64,000 bases of DNA from Raillietiella orientalis (taxonomy: Eukaryota), in the NCBI GenBank assembly GCA_036172245.1, contig JAYWIR010000002.1, positions 3,410,001 to 3,474,000 on the forward strand, given 5' to 3'. The notes beneath the pieces are model-generated. The model was given only the letters and a program-made list of their open reading frames with translations. It was not told the origin of the DNA and did no database searches. The position numbers were made by a program, and so were the translations under genes. Shown piece by piece: positions 1 through 11,758 of the stretch. The stretch's first letter is position 1. Every line of letters starts with the position of its first letter.

Positions 1-830
1 GTAAGGTCTTCGGCCAGTCCAACGCTGATCGTTGCGCACGCGGTGGTGATGTCCACATGGATCGAGGCGGCCTCAGAAAGACTGGAAGGTGGATGCAACG
101 AGAATCGCGCCCTTGGTCAGGGCAGGCACTCTCATGTTCTTGGTGAGGGATGAGCGTGCGCGCTCGGATATCGCGAACTCGATGAAGGAAGGACCGGACC
201 AGAAAACCAATGCTCAGAAGCTGGAACTTTCCTGGACACCGCCTCTTCGATGGAGAAGGAATGCCGAGTGGTTATCACAATGAAGCACCCTGGGATTTGA
301 TGGGAATTTGGAGACGTCTCTGTGCCGATAGCATCTTGGAAAGGATCGTGGGGAAGTGACCACGTACAGCCGGTTCGGACTTCTCGAAAGAAAAAGGTCG
401 AATTGGAGGGCAGCGTGCGGCTTTTCAGGTTCTGTGGAGAAAGGCCAACCCATATCCATATGCCCACCCATCAGTCGCTGACCCAGGACTGGAAAAGGTC
501 GAGGATGATGATGGGCTTGCAGGAGAATGCCAGAACAGGGAACCCTGGGTGGACTCTTTGAAGTAAAAGGGGTCGTTCTCTTACAACCCTGTAGTGCGAA
601 TCGCTACAGCCTTCTCCATCACGAGCGCCGCGACAAGAAGGCTGAAAATCCAGCAGGGGGAAGCTGGAGCGATCGCGGAAATCCCAGCAGGTCTGCTAAG
701 GAGAGAATCGGGAATTTGCAGGGACCCAAGCACAAACCACAAAAGAATCCTTGCTTGGACTTATCCTTACACTCAGCGATAGGCACTGGGGACGAAGTCC
801 AGGTGTTTTGCGTCACCATGTGAGCTGGAA
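1..830 (+). mobile_element. Decayed 3' part of a Tx1/L1-type LINE ORF2, related to the element at 11691-16811
   Basis: FRFCGERPTHIHMPTHQSLTQDWKRSRMMMGL aligns without gaps to CQACGDMDARLHVLTCPTLRREWLILKRIIGM of the large LINE. SYNPVVRIATAFSITS matches CYNPMVRTTIALFITT, and EIPAGLLRRESGI...ILAWTYPY matches EILKGLIQKEIGI...LQAWMYRY. Frameshifted; boundaries approximate. Confidence 0.75.
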
Positions 831-1289
831 GCGGCGGCTGCTATGCGCAGACGGCCAAAAGAGCAGGCATTGCATATGCGTGGAAGTAACTCGCTGCTCT
901 GCTTTCCGTGGTCCCGTGTTGAGCTACGGCAGAAGAGAACATGTCACCTTTTCTCTGTCTGTTGGACTGGAGAGACAAGAAACGAAAAATTGCGAATTCG
1001 GCGGTGCGGGGACACCCTGCAAACCATCTGAAGATTGAATGGCTCTCTGCGAAGGGTTCTCGACGGCATCTTCCGAGCAAAGGGTGGTACCTGGCGTTGA
1101 GTTCTGAAAGGGAATCTTGGAAGCCTGCTGGGGCCGCATGTCGACCCGTGGTCCGTCCCTCCGCTGCTGCAGCGGCGCGTTCCCTTGCGAGCAGAGGCAA
1201 GCAGGGGGAAACGAATGGGAGCGAACTATTTCACTGCGGAGGTCGTTTTGCTGACCGCAGTTTGTTTGCGATTTGGGCAGCAAGGAGTC

Positions 1290-1460
1290 TGTACTGCGAG
1301 AGTAGAGGCGTTCCCACCTGATGTTCCCAAGCTGCTTGCAGCCGCGGCACTCGATCTTCGGGCTCCTCCTCTCGAGATGTCCCTCTTCGTCGCACTCGCT
1401 GCAGGCGGAGCAGAATGAAGCGGATGATTGGGAAGAGTCCGGCACGGTCTTCAAGGGCAT
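1290..1460 (-). mobile_element. Decayed retrotransposon ORF1/gag fragment with degenerate CCHC zinc knuckles
   Basis: Minus-strand translation CSECDEEGHLERRSPKIECRGCKQLGNIRWE resembles two tandem CxxCxxxGHxxxxC knuckles with lost ligands. Confidence 0.55.
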
Positions 1461-2527
1461 TCCGGTGCAGGTGCTCCAAGTTGCGGCACGGTCCCAAGCA
1501 GCTATCTCCCGACTCTCACTGGTAGACGAGGATCACGTGAGACCACGCGAGGAGGAAATTTTTGCCCCCGTCCCCTGGAAAACGGGCATCCGATTACATC
1601 CTGACCTGTGTGGAGGCTCCTAGCAATCGACCGGAATGACCAACGGAACGAGAGCATCCGAAGAGAAAGACGTGCTTGGGATCTCCTCGTAAGCAGCCAC
1701 GGGTGGGGGGCACGGAAGATCCCCATCTTCGAGCGAGGCTGCGCCTGTCTGCCCAACTGCTGAAAAGCGCCAGGGAAGAGCGCCTTGCTGACGGTCCTCA
1801 TTCGCCTCAAACTCGGCCACCAGAAGCTGCGTCCTACGCCTCGAGGGAGGTCGGTTCTGGCCTTAGGGCAATCATTTATTCGTGGGTGCGCGAAAACTCA
1901 GACGCAGGACCCTCTTATTCAGTTTCACCAAAATGAGATGAGGATTGCTTCACCAGACACACGGCGCCACCTGGAGCCGGCCCATCGGCTGCTCTCGCAA
2001 TGAGGAAGGGAACTGAGTGCTTTCAGGAGTACACGGTCGGCGCGCGTTCCTTGAGAAGGAAGCGCTGAAGCAATGCACTCTTCTGAGCCCAAGAACAATG
2101 GCAGCAGCCCGCTGGCTGGGTGGGAGTTCTCCCGCACTGCTGCAGGGGTGGCAAAACGACTCGATGGCTGGGAGACGAGCGAACTGGTGGACCCCGCTAC
2201 TACTCGCTACCCCTGGCCTAAGAACGAGCGCTATTGAGCCAAATTGACTCCTGAGGTGGCAAGAGTTTCTTTCGGGGGTGCCCCTTGAAGAACTTGTGGT
2301 CTCCTTGCTGAGAGCAGACCGCAAAGTGAAGACCTGAGATGGTGCCTTTTTGTGTACTGGAGTTCCCAGCGTAGAGAAGGCCAGTACCTCGTCTCCAGAA
2401 GGAGGTGGAGGTGGGGGATGGCGGGGGGAGAGAGATCACATCCTCGAACTGTCCCAACCTGGTGAGTGCCCTCCGAGAGTTGCGGCGGCGGGAACTGGCA
2501 GCTGCTGCTGAACCTTCAGGACAGCAC

Positions 2528-2948
2528 CAGACTTGCTGCAGGGATCTTTCATGAGCGGCGCGCTTTCTTGTGAAGCTCCGTGACCGAGACGTTCAGCCAC
2601 ACCCCCTCCCCCAGACAAAGAGGAAAGGAGGAAAAGGGAGGAGATTGTTGCGCCATCCGCTCCCGAGAAGCCCCGGGGGCAGGTGCGCCGCGCCATGGAC
2701 GGACGTCTCGGACGTGGACGCGTCGGCCACGGGGGGCAACTTCGCGCCTGACCGCGCCTTGAGGGCGCCTCTGCAGAAGCGCCCACAGCCAGCGAGCGCG
2801 ACCATCGCAAGCCGGAAGTGGCGGGCACGGGGAACAGGCCAGGCGAAGGCCGCACAGCCGCGGGCGCCCCCGTCCCGGTGAACCAGCTGGCCAGCTTCAC
2901 ACCTTGAAGCACCGAGGGCAGTGTCAGACTTGCTGCAGGGATCTTTCA
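2528..2948 (+). repeat. 24-bp exact direct repeat (2528-2551 and 2925-2948)
   Basis: cagacttgctgcagggatctttca occurs twice, 397 bp apart. Confidence 0.9.
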
Positions 2949-3138
2949 CGCGCTTTCCGGGAGCGTGAGGAGGGTCGATTTCTCCGGCTCGCTTGATGAT
3001 GACCATCGGTCACCGCCTCGCTTTCCTCTGAGGATTATCCTCAGCCCTCTGGGTGCACCCGGCACCTGTCCTGCCTCATCGGAGGCAGGAAAAAACTGTT
3101 GAAGGCGTGGACGTCCCGGGAACTAACGGACGCTAATA

Positions 3139-4124
3139 CCCCGACTGTCCTGCAGAATGGACTTGTACTCTAGGGCAAGCTGCCGACATGCCTCCGGAGG
3201 AGGTGAAGTGGCTCCCAGCGTCTTGGGACAACGGCACCCTTCCCCTGCAGTGGCAGGAGACGGCGTTGCTTCTGCTCCATTGGGGACTTTTAAGCAGAGC
3301 ACGCCTGTCTCACTGGACATCGGGGAGTGTGGATGCCAATTGTGCAGAGTGCGGGGAAGGAGAGACCTTCTCCCACTTAATCATCGAATGTGTTGACCTC
3401 CGCCAGATGTGGGATCGACTCTCGTCGATCCTGAACATTCCGGAGGGCGACCCCAAGAACATTTTTCGACTCCTGATGCGGGACGCCATGCCAGCCTCCG
3501 GGTGTGTAGCAGTGCTCTGTTGCATACGCGGAATCCTGGATAAGTGGACCGCGTCTAGGAGAGGCCGCACCAGTCGGGATGCCATCCACTGGGCAGCCAT
3601 CTCTTTATAGAAGGCTTCCCGTTGGTGCCGACTTAAGAAACATTTGCCGGCACTTGTTCGCATCCGAAACCGGATGCAGAGGCCTCCTCACGGCGTACCG
3701 TGATCCCCTCCTTCCCCTCCCCTCCCAAAAAACATTGCTCCTAGTCCCTCCCCTACGACTGCCGGTAGGATGACTGGAGACCCCCTGTTGCACGAAGAGC
3801 TGCTTCCCTCCCCATTTATGCCTACGCCCAAAGCCTCTAGATGCTCTAAAAACAGACTGCGACAGGGCTTCATCTGCATCAGAATGAAAATAGGTGTTTT
3901 TCTTTTTTTGTTTTAGCTTTGTTTTTTCCGCCCCTGCGCCAATGTGGAGGACCTTATCGGCCTACGAGTCGGTAAGGACAAGTGCCCCATGACAGTCGGA
4001 AAGTGTTACGGCTGGAAAAAAAAAAAAATCATTCAAAACAGTGAAAAGAAAAAGGACTTTATTATAGAATTCTTTCTTGTAAAAAGTTTTGATAATAAAA
4101 GCCCCGGCTCACCCGGGTGAAAAA
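3139..4124 (+). mobile_element. 5'-truncated LINE 3' end: ORF2 C-terminal zinc knuckle plus 3' UTR
   Basis: ORF 3188-3610 contains QETALLLLHWGLLSRARL...CAECGEGETFSHLIIEC...W, the L1/Tx1 C-terminal CCHC region. It is followed by a T-rich UTR, an A run near 4016-4028, AATAAA at 4094 and a terminal hairpin. Confidence 0.85.
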
Positions 4125-4635
4125 CCCATCACCTGTCCCAAGCACCCCGGACGAAATGATGTTCCCCTTTCCTTTGCCGCGGAAGCTGCTCCAGTCAGTA
4201 CCCGAATCCCCCTCGGAAGGCTGAAAAGTGGTGCCGGTGGTCATCAGCAAAGTCCATGGAGCGGGAAGCAGCAGGCGCGTAGTCTTTCGCGCTCTTCCTC
4301 GTACTGCCCTTCTCACCGGCTGGATTTCACAGTGCGCCAGAGGGCAGAATCTCGTTGATTCCTCAGTGCGACTCGATTCGGTAGGCTTCGGTTTGGCTGC
4401 CCTACCTTGTTTTGTCATTCCCACGACCTTCCTTCAGGCCTTGCACCTGCGTCTCTAGGAGCAGAGGGCCTCCCCTCTGCTCCTAGTCCCTCCCCTACGA
4501 CTGCCGGTAGGATGACTGGAGACCCCCTGTTGCACGAAGAGCTGCTTCCCTCCCCATTTATGCCTACGCCCAAAGCCTCTAGATGCTCTAAAAACAGACT
4601 GCGACAGGGCTTCATCTGCATCAGAATGAAAATAG
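3736..4635 (+). repeat. 158-bp identical direct repeat (3736-3893 and 4478-4635)
   Basis: tgctcctagtccctcccc...atcagaatgaaaatag is present twice. The second copy starts inside a perfect 14-bp inverted repeat (4455-4486). Confidence 0.95.
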
Positions 4636-6599
4636 CGTGCCCAATATCCCCAACTATTCTGGAAAAAATGGGCCGAAGGGCGCAAACTCGTCCGGAAGAG
4701 CGGGCTGCAGAACGGAACCGGACACGCGGAGTGCTTCGAAAAGAGAAGGAACAGGACCTGGCCTCCAGGCTGGTCCGACCAGGCCGCGGCAGCGAGTGAC
4801 GTCCAAGGGAAGGAAGGTAGGGATGGTTGGGCGGAGCGGCGGCGGTGGAGCTGGCGACGATGGGAGAGCTCGCGAACCTGCGACTCTCCCTCGAGGAGAA
4901 TCGAGGAAGCTCCGGGGGCGGGCCGGCGACCGAGAAGCGGCTGGAGACGACCCTAGGGCAGTATAGCCTGGACCCAGGACCCAGGACAGGCAAACTGGAA
5001 GCTGCGTCGCAGCGCCTCCGCCATCTTCGAAACCCCCCTGGGGCGAGCGTGCTCTAGGAGAGGCCGGAACGCTTGGGAAGCATCCGTCCGCTTCCTGTGG
5101 AGTCGGAACGACGATTCAAGACCGATGGCGGAAGGGGAATGCCTCGGGGCTGGGGACCGGAGCTAGCCGATCCGCCGTTACGGCCCTTTTCACCGGCCCA
5201 TGGCCAACTTCGTTCCGGCGGACTCCGGAGCGCGAACGCAAGCGCTCGAAACCCCTCGTCGGCAGCTCTGCTCTTGCAATTCTCTGGGACCGAGTGGATC
5301 TTCATCCTCTGAGCATCCGTGATGGGAGCAGAAGAAAAGTTGCTCGAGTCCGAAGCTCCCACGAATTGCATCCTTCTCTTTCTCTTCCCCTTCCTCCACT
5401 TATTCCTCCTCTTCTCCCTCCCCTTCTTCCTCCTCCCCCTTTTCCCCTCCCCAACTCTAAAAGCACTTGAGCGCAGGGAAGGAAAGGGGCGAAGACAGTC
5501 GTCGTGGAGGAGGATGTTTTTCGCCTGGTCACGCTGGAGGGTTCTTTCGAAAAAAACAAACCGTCCTGGAACAAACAGCTCCCAACAGAATACGGAGGAA
5601 GATGAGGGGGAGGGTCCACCCACACGCAAGTTGAGGATCTCTAAAAGTCCGGAACGGGAGGGAGGGCGGGGTGGAAATACGGGAGGGATGGAGCCACCCT
5701 TTCCTGATGAATGAGAAAACCCGGTAAAGGTCCGGAGCGAAAGCGAGGGGGAATTAAAAAAAAAAAAAAGCAAAATAAATGAAAGGAGGGCAGAGACAGA
5801 GGTCACCGGTGTCGGCCGTTCCTTCTCTTCAGAAGAGGCTCTGGATGCCAGCAACCTCCGCCTCCACTTCCGCTTCCAGATGAGGCCGCCATCCGCGCGA
5901 TAGAGCGACTTCCATGCGAATGGCCGTACTCGCGTCTGCAAGACGTGGAGGACCGTAGCAATGGCGCAGTCGCAACGCAGCATCTCGCGACCACTGAGCT
6001 AGTCGAAAGTCCACTGGGCGCGAAGAGCCGAGAGCAGGCCACAGGCGGCGCCCTCCCGGTGCAGGAGAGCTGCAGTCAACAGCCTCCGCCGCGGCTTGTG
6101 GGGACCGGCGCGGTCGGGAAGCAGGTACAGTGGGATCAACTACACCGATCTCTCACCTGCTCAGTTCGGGGACGCGGCTTCCCCAGAGGCGAAACGTCAG
6201 CGCTGACCGTGCTGGAAACTCCATTGTAGGAAACAGCCCGGGGTACCTGGCGCCTCCATCGAATTGGGAAACACCGAGGAGTTCCAACACGAGGCAGGGA
6301 CCATAGGTTCATCGGGGAAGGTCACTCTCAACAGGTGACACCACAGACTTAGTCCTGCTGCCAGAGCGCCAAAAACGGAAGAATTCCACCCCCTGTTCCA
6401 CTTCCTCGGCCATCCGCCGGAAGTGGTGATGAAGGGCGAGATGAAGTTGTCGACTATGGCCACCGCCACACTCCCTGCCGCAGAGCTACCTTCCCTGGGG
6501 GCGAGAGCTGCCGACACCGGCAGGCTGAGGGTTTTCCTGCACCCGCTGAAGGGAGGATGAAACTCTCTGGCGGACAGAGGACGCGCTAGTGGCGGGCAG

Positions 6600-6940
6600 T
6601 TATTCCCAGTTGCCTCTTGGGGTGCGGTTTGGGGACGCGGGGGACGGGGAAAAGCGAAACAAAAATGAGTAAAAAAGGTAGAAGGCTGTTTGTCGGGGGA
6701 AGAGTGTCGGAAAGGGACCCCTGAGTGTTGTGGCTTCCCGGATGGCTTCGCGACGATCCCCAAAAGAGCTTCGTCTGCGAGGGATGGCGCACCTGCGTTT
6801 CATGCCACCGCGGGGCCCCCCGCGTGCACCGAACAACCGCCACGCGCACGGCTCGCGGCAGAGCTCCACGCGCGAAGAGGCACTCGAACGCGCTTTTCCC
6901 CTGCGGCAACCCCAGGGACGCTCTGAAAGCCCTCTTCATT
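6600..6940 (-). mobile_element. Decayed LINE ORF2 C-terminus and UTR
   Basis: RASLGLPQGKSAFECLFARGALPRAVRVAVVRCTRG resembles SSILNIPEGDPKNIFRLLMRDAMPASGCVAVLCCIRG (ORF 3188-3610), and is followed by a T-rich tract. Confidence 0.6.
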
Positions 6941-6959
6941 GCCGATGCCCTTTGGTCTA

Positions 6960-7365
6960 CGGCCTCATTAGCAGCCCTGTGCTGCCTTCCCTTGGAGTAA
7001 GGCTACGGGAGGACCTCGCGATATGGGTGCCATCCAGCACGCCGCTGAGTTTTTGAAGAGGGCGTCGCGATGGTCCCACCTGGATCCAGGAATGCGAAAA
7101 GATCTTGCCGGCATCCTGCGAAGGATGCAACGGCCCCAGCAGCAACAGTGATCCCTTCCCGTACCCTCCCTCGTTTTCTTTTCGTTTAGTTTTTTGTTTA
7201 TCCCCCCTTCCCCCTGCTGCCGTGGTGGACCGTACCGGTCTGCGAACCGGTGACCCGGTAGGCTCTGTGTTTCTTCGTGCGTGGCTGGAACACTGGTCCA
7301 GCCACAGCACGTCTTTGTTAAAGTTTGTTTTTATAGTAAATGCCCCGCCGAAATCTGGGTGAAAA
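6960..7365 (+). mobile_element. Decayed LINE 3' end
   Basis: GAIQHAAEFLKRASRWSHL...LAGILRRMQRP matches DANHWAAIFLKKASRW...LVRIQNRMQRP. T-rich UTR and the shared terminal motif agtaaa-tgccccg...gggtgaaaa follow. Confidence 0.75.
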
Positions 7366-8059
7366 TCGAACAGGATTCCAGGATCGCTCCCGGGGATCTG
7401 GAAGGTAGTTGAAGAACGTTCCTGCAGGGTCCGGTCCCTGCGGCACAACCAAGGAGCGGGTACAGGGAGGTATCCCTTTTCCCTGTGCCTGCCTTCCCCC
7501 GGGGTCCAGTGGCGCAGACGCGTTTGCTTTGCATGAGGGAATCCCCCAATGCAAGATCAGCAGCAGTGCTGACTCCAGTCAGCAGGGGAGGGAGGGTGCG
7601 GTTGCCTTGCAGCACCGATGGCCGCATCAGGGATTCCCGGGAAACCCCCAGCAGCTCGCCCTGATGGGGAAGTATTTCGGGTGAGACACTCCCGAGGTCG
7701 CGAGCTCCCGAGTTGTCTAAGTACCCGGAAGTTTCCTTTCGCGCTGCAGGTGAGGCAAGGCACCTCTCACCCGGCTAGGGGGCCGCTATCCCTTGCTTCC
7801 CGCAGGGAAGGCAACACGGGGGCAGGAAAGAGGAGGATGAAGGTGAATGGGAAAGCGGCGGATCCCTCGGTAGGCATTCCGGGAAGCAGTGGCCTCCTGC
7901 CTCCGGGCACTGAACTTCTTCGGAAGGAGATCACCGGGACGGAGGGGACGGTTCGCCGCCTCCGCGCGGCTCCGCGACGGCGGCGGAAGGCAACTCCGAG
8001 GTGCGTCTCCGCCTACTGCCCGCTCGCTTTCTCCCTCCTCCCCTTTCCCACCGCGTAGG

Positions 8060-8650
8060 TAGGATGAGCAAGACGCGGGAGCTCCTGCGTCACCAGCGGA
8101 ATGCCATCTTGCTGGCGCACTGGGTTCCCCCCTGTAACGAGGGACGTCTGAACTACGCCTCAGAGGATGGAGGGCCGAGGGGAGTGCCCCGCAAAAAGGG
8201 CGCTCATCGAGTCCTGCAGGGCGCGCTGCCCTGCAGGACTCTCTCAAAGCCGCGTCCTCGCCTCCAGGAAGCCGAGCATCTCGCCTTCGGCGGTTCCCCG
8301 CCAAGATGGAGGAAGGGTGTGGCCGTCGTCTCGGAGGGTCTTCTGCGAGATCCACGGCCCACATGCGGACGGCTGTGGGGGTGGTTCAGCCCCGGGACTT
8401 GGATTACGAGGAAATCCTCTAACGCTGGCAGGCGGACTGATCCGATACCGGTGAGAACACCCCTTCCTCCCGCCCCTTACCTGCCCAACGCAGGCCCTCG
8501 GGAACACCACGAGGCTCGTCTACCCCATCCCCTTGCTTACTGTCCCTCTGCCCCTCCTCAGTGCCATCCCCGAGTGAGGGCGAACCCTCTGGGCACGGAA
8601 CGTCACGTATCCGTCCGCAACCCCATTTGCTCAGCTTTGTTTATTTCTGT
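8060..8650 (+). mobile_element. Possible highly decayed LINE ORF2 C-terminus
   Basis: LLRHQRNAILLAHW resembles QETALLLLHW. A degenerate GECP...HRVL knuckle and a pyrimidine-rich tail follow. Confidence 0.4.
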
Positions 8651-9739
8651 TCAGCGAGTGACCCAGCCGTCCGGGAGGAGAGGATCACTCCAAGGCGCTC
8701 GTTAAGGAACGCAACAGTTGATAAGGAAGCAACAAAAGCGGCATGAATTCCTTGTGGATCACAGCGGCTGCACGATCAGAAAGACAAGAGCCGCGCGCAG
8801 GTCAACGCGGCGGCGTGTCTGTCCTCTTTATGGTCAGCGACGATTTGGCGACATCGGGGAATTCGGAAGGAGGAAGAGGCTCGCGTTAAGGGGACCAGTG
8901 GGGAAACTTCTGACTCCGAGCTGGAGCCGGAAAAAAACTGGCAAGGCCAAGAGCCCCTAGGCGGCACGAGCATCCACGCGAGAGAAGGGCAGGTGCCGGC
9001 ATCCGATAAGGAGGTGATGTCCGTGGAATCGTGAGACGCCTCCTTGGAGGAGGATCCCGATCCTTCAGGGTCCCTGCAGGGAGAGAGGGAGCAACCGAAA
9101 AGCCCCTGGATGTCTCTCTCTCTTCCAGCGGCCCTTTTCAGCGCGGAGCGGGAACTGCACCGGGAACTTCCCAGTGGCAGCGCGGAAAGTCGCCTCCTCT
9201 CTGCGCCGGCTGCAAGCTGCTGCCTGGAACGTCGGCGGGATCCACAACGACGCGGAGAGGCGAGTCGTGGCCGAAACCCTGGGTCACTTCGGCCACACTC
9301 CCCCCCGGGAAATCCACGCAGCATTTCCGCAGAGGCAGCGGAAATCGAGGCACGCACGCGCGCACAGGACGAACTGCACTGGAGCTGCGACTCCTTGCTC
9401 AACGTGCACAGAGTCGCGTCCTTCATCCACGCGGATGCCACGCGTGGTGCCCGTTCCCATGACGACGTTGGCCGAACTCGGACTTGCGTCCAGGTAGTCC
9501 GGTGCGACCGACCTCGCCACAGCCTTCGTATCGAGCGGACTCGGGGTCTCCGGCATGCCCGGGAGCCGATGGCCGGGCGGCACGGGTTCCATTGTGGTGC
9601 ATCCGAGAGCAGGGGATTTCAACCCTTTCAGCTGCCCAATGATACTTGCTGGCTAAAGGCTATCGGGGGCAGGAGGATGAGCTGAGTCTGTCGGTTCCGA
9701 GGTTGTCAGAATGTGCCAGCAGCGGCTTCCCGCTGCTGC

Positions 9740-10700
9740 CGAGGCTGTCAACGCGTGCCGAGGGCGCACTCGGCGGAAGGCAGGTGAATGGCGCCGGTCG
9801 TCATGTCGAACAGGACGTCGAACTGCTGGGGCGGCGTGTCCGTCGATGAGCGCGACAGCAGCACGCCGACGGGGGCTACAGAGCAGGTTCCCATGATTAC
9901 ATTTGTAACGAGGCAGGACCAAGTGTCCTGCCACCGACTTCTAAGTTTATGTTATATAAATAAACGCTCCGGCGCAACCGGCTGTCAAGCCGCGTCCCCA
10001 GAAGTTCCCTGCTGTGTCCGTGGAATCGTGGCAGCCTGGAACGCGGGAAGAGACCAGAATGGCAGAGACGCCATTCACTGGGTGCGGATCTTTTTGAAGA
10101 CCGCCGCAAGATAACCTTACCTGGGCAACATGAGAACCGCTTGTCAGCATCTTGACAGGATGCAGAGGACGCCTCTCAGGGAAACATGATCTCTTCCCCC
10201 TCTTCCTTCCTCAAGAAGCTCTTCCTCCTGCTTTTTTTTCTTTTTTTGTTTGTTATTTTGCGGTTTACCCTCCCACTCGCTGCTTCGGAGTGGACCTCCC
10301 TGGTCTCCGTACCGGTGACCGGCAACTGGAACGCATGCGGTACCCCAGGGGTTTCACTACATGACCAACTGATTGTTCTTGTATTATCTTTAATAATAAA
10401 TGCTCCGGAACAACTGGTGAAAAACCTGCAAGAGGAAGTCAAGGAGGAGATCGCTGGCATGCAGCGCTGGTTTTGAAAGAGTGGCACGGGCAGGTTCTGG
10501 GTTGGGGCAGGGATCTTCGGATTCCCTTTGCTGTTGTTATTGTTGTCTCCCACCTCCCGCCCCGAACTTTCGAATATCCCGACATGAATGTCTGTAGACT
10601 CCCCCCATTCAACTTCTTTTTGCCTTTGGTTGGGAACGCGCTGGTTCTAGAGAGAATCTGCAGGAGATGCCACCAGAGGAGGAATCCTTTGGGATGAACA
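9740..10700 (-). pseudogene. Decayed paralogue of the pepsin-fold genes, opposite strand
   Basis: Minus strand ~9850-9755 reads TDTPPQQFDVLFDMTTGAIHLPSAEC then a stop, matching exon 3 of the intact genes. NLPVPLFQNQ at ~10500-10465 resembles the exon 2 end (YEVPLRYYQ). A LINE remnant lies between the two pieces. The exon 3 match is firm; the overall extent is tentative. Confidence 0.7.
10005..10424 (+). mobile_element. Decayed LINE 3' end
   Basis: CCVRGIVAAWNAGRDQNGRDAIHWVRIFLKTAAR matches CCIRGILDKWTASRRGRTSRDAIHWAAI. T-rich UTR, AATAAA at 10395 and terminal gctccgg...ctggtgaaaaa follow. Confidence 0.8.
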
Positions 10701-10828
10701 GTGGAAGTGGAGACGCCTGACAGCTGGAGCCCCGTTTACACCCCGAGATCCCACGGGGCTCCCCACAACCCGGGCGATCGCTACGCCATGAAACAGGACA
10801 AAGTGGACCAAGATGTCAGAACCAAGAA

Positions 10829-11082
10829 CCCAACAGGTTGCTCTGCTGTGCCCTCGCCGCGCACTCAAGGAAGCGTAGCCGGGAGCGTCTCTCGGCGAAG
10901 CGTCCGCGAGGACAAGGAACGCTCCGCGACCGGGACGCCGGAGAGCGGATCTTCCAGCGGAGGAACGTGGAAGAACGGGACAAAGTGAACCGGGATGCGC
11001 GCGCCCTGCCACGTCAAAGAACGGGAAAGGGGACGATGAGGCGAAGCGGATGACACACCGGGAACCGCGCGTCCGGGACGCC
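10829..11082. repeat. ~250-bp dispersed repeat, also at ~29252-29505 and ~45032-45285
   Basis: gttgctctgctgtgccct...gggacaaagtgaaccgggatgcgcgcgccctgccacgtcaaaga... is shared, with scattered mismatches. Confidence 0.9.
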
Positions 11083-11089
11083 TGGGGAG

Positions 11090-11690
11090 ACGATGTTTTT
11101 TGGGAGGAGACGGAAGGGAAGGGATCACGGTGCGCCGTGAGGAGGCCTCTGCATCCGGTTTTGGATGCGAACAAGTGCCGGCAAATGTTTTCTATGCCGG
11201 TGCCAACGGGAAGCCTTCTTCAAGAAGATGGCTGCCCAGTGGTTGGCATCCCGACTGGTGCGGCCTCTCCTAGACGCGGTCCACTTATCCAGGATTCCGC
11301 GTATGCAACAGAGCACTGCTACACACCCGGAGGCTGGCATGGCGTCCCGCATCAGGAGTCGAAAAATGTTCTTGGGGTCGCCCTCCGGAATGTTCAGGAT
11401 CGACGAGAGTCGATCCCACATCTGGCGGAGGTCAACACATTCGATGATTAAGTGGGAGAAGGTCTCTCTTTCCCCGCACTCTGCACAATTGGCATCCACA
11501 CTCCCCGATGTCCAGTGAGACAGGCGTGCTCTGCTTAAAAGTCCCCAATGGAGCAGAAGCAACGCCGTCTCCTGCTACTGCAGGGGAAGGGTGCCGTTGT
11601 CCCAAGACGCTGGGAGCCACTTCACCTCCTCCGGAGGCATATCGAGCAGCTCGCCCTAGCGCACTAGTCCATTCGGCGGGACACTCGGGG
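11090..11690 (-). mobile_element. Inverted copy of the LINE fragment at 3139-3735
   Basis: ORF 11125-11562 is nearly identical to ORF 3188-3610 (CAECGERETFSHLIIEC). The core is near-identical and the flanks are more diverged. Confidence 0.92.
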
Positions 11691-11758
11691 TTGTAGAGAC
11701 GAGGGTGGTAGAGTCAGGCGATCGTGTGACGGCGGAGCCTCGGGTTACGCCCGCGGCG

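Noticed and set aside
5704-5750. CTGATGA...GAAA hammerhead-like core
   Set aside because: No stem II directly joins CTGATGA to GAAA, and no stems I/III were found.
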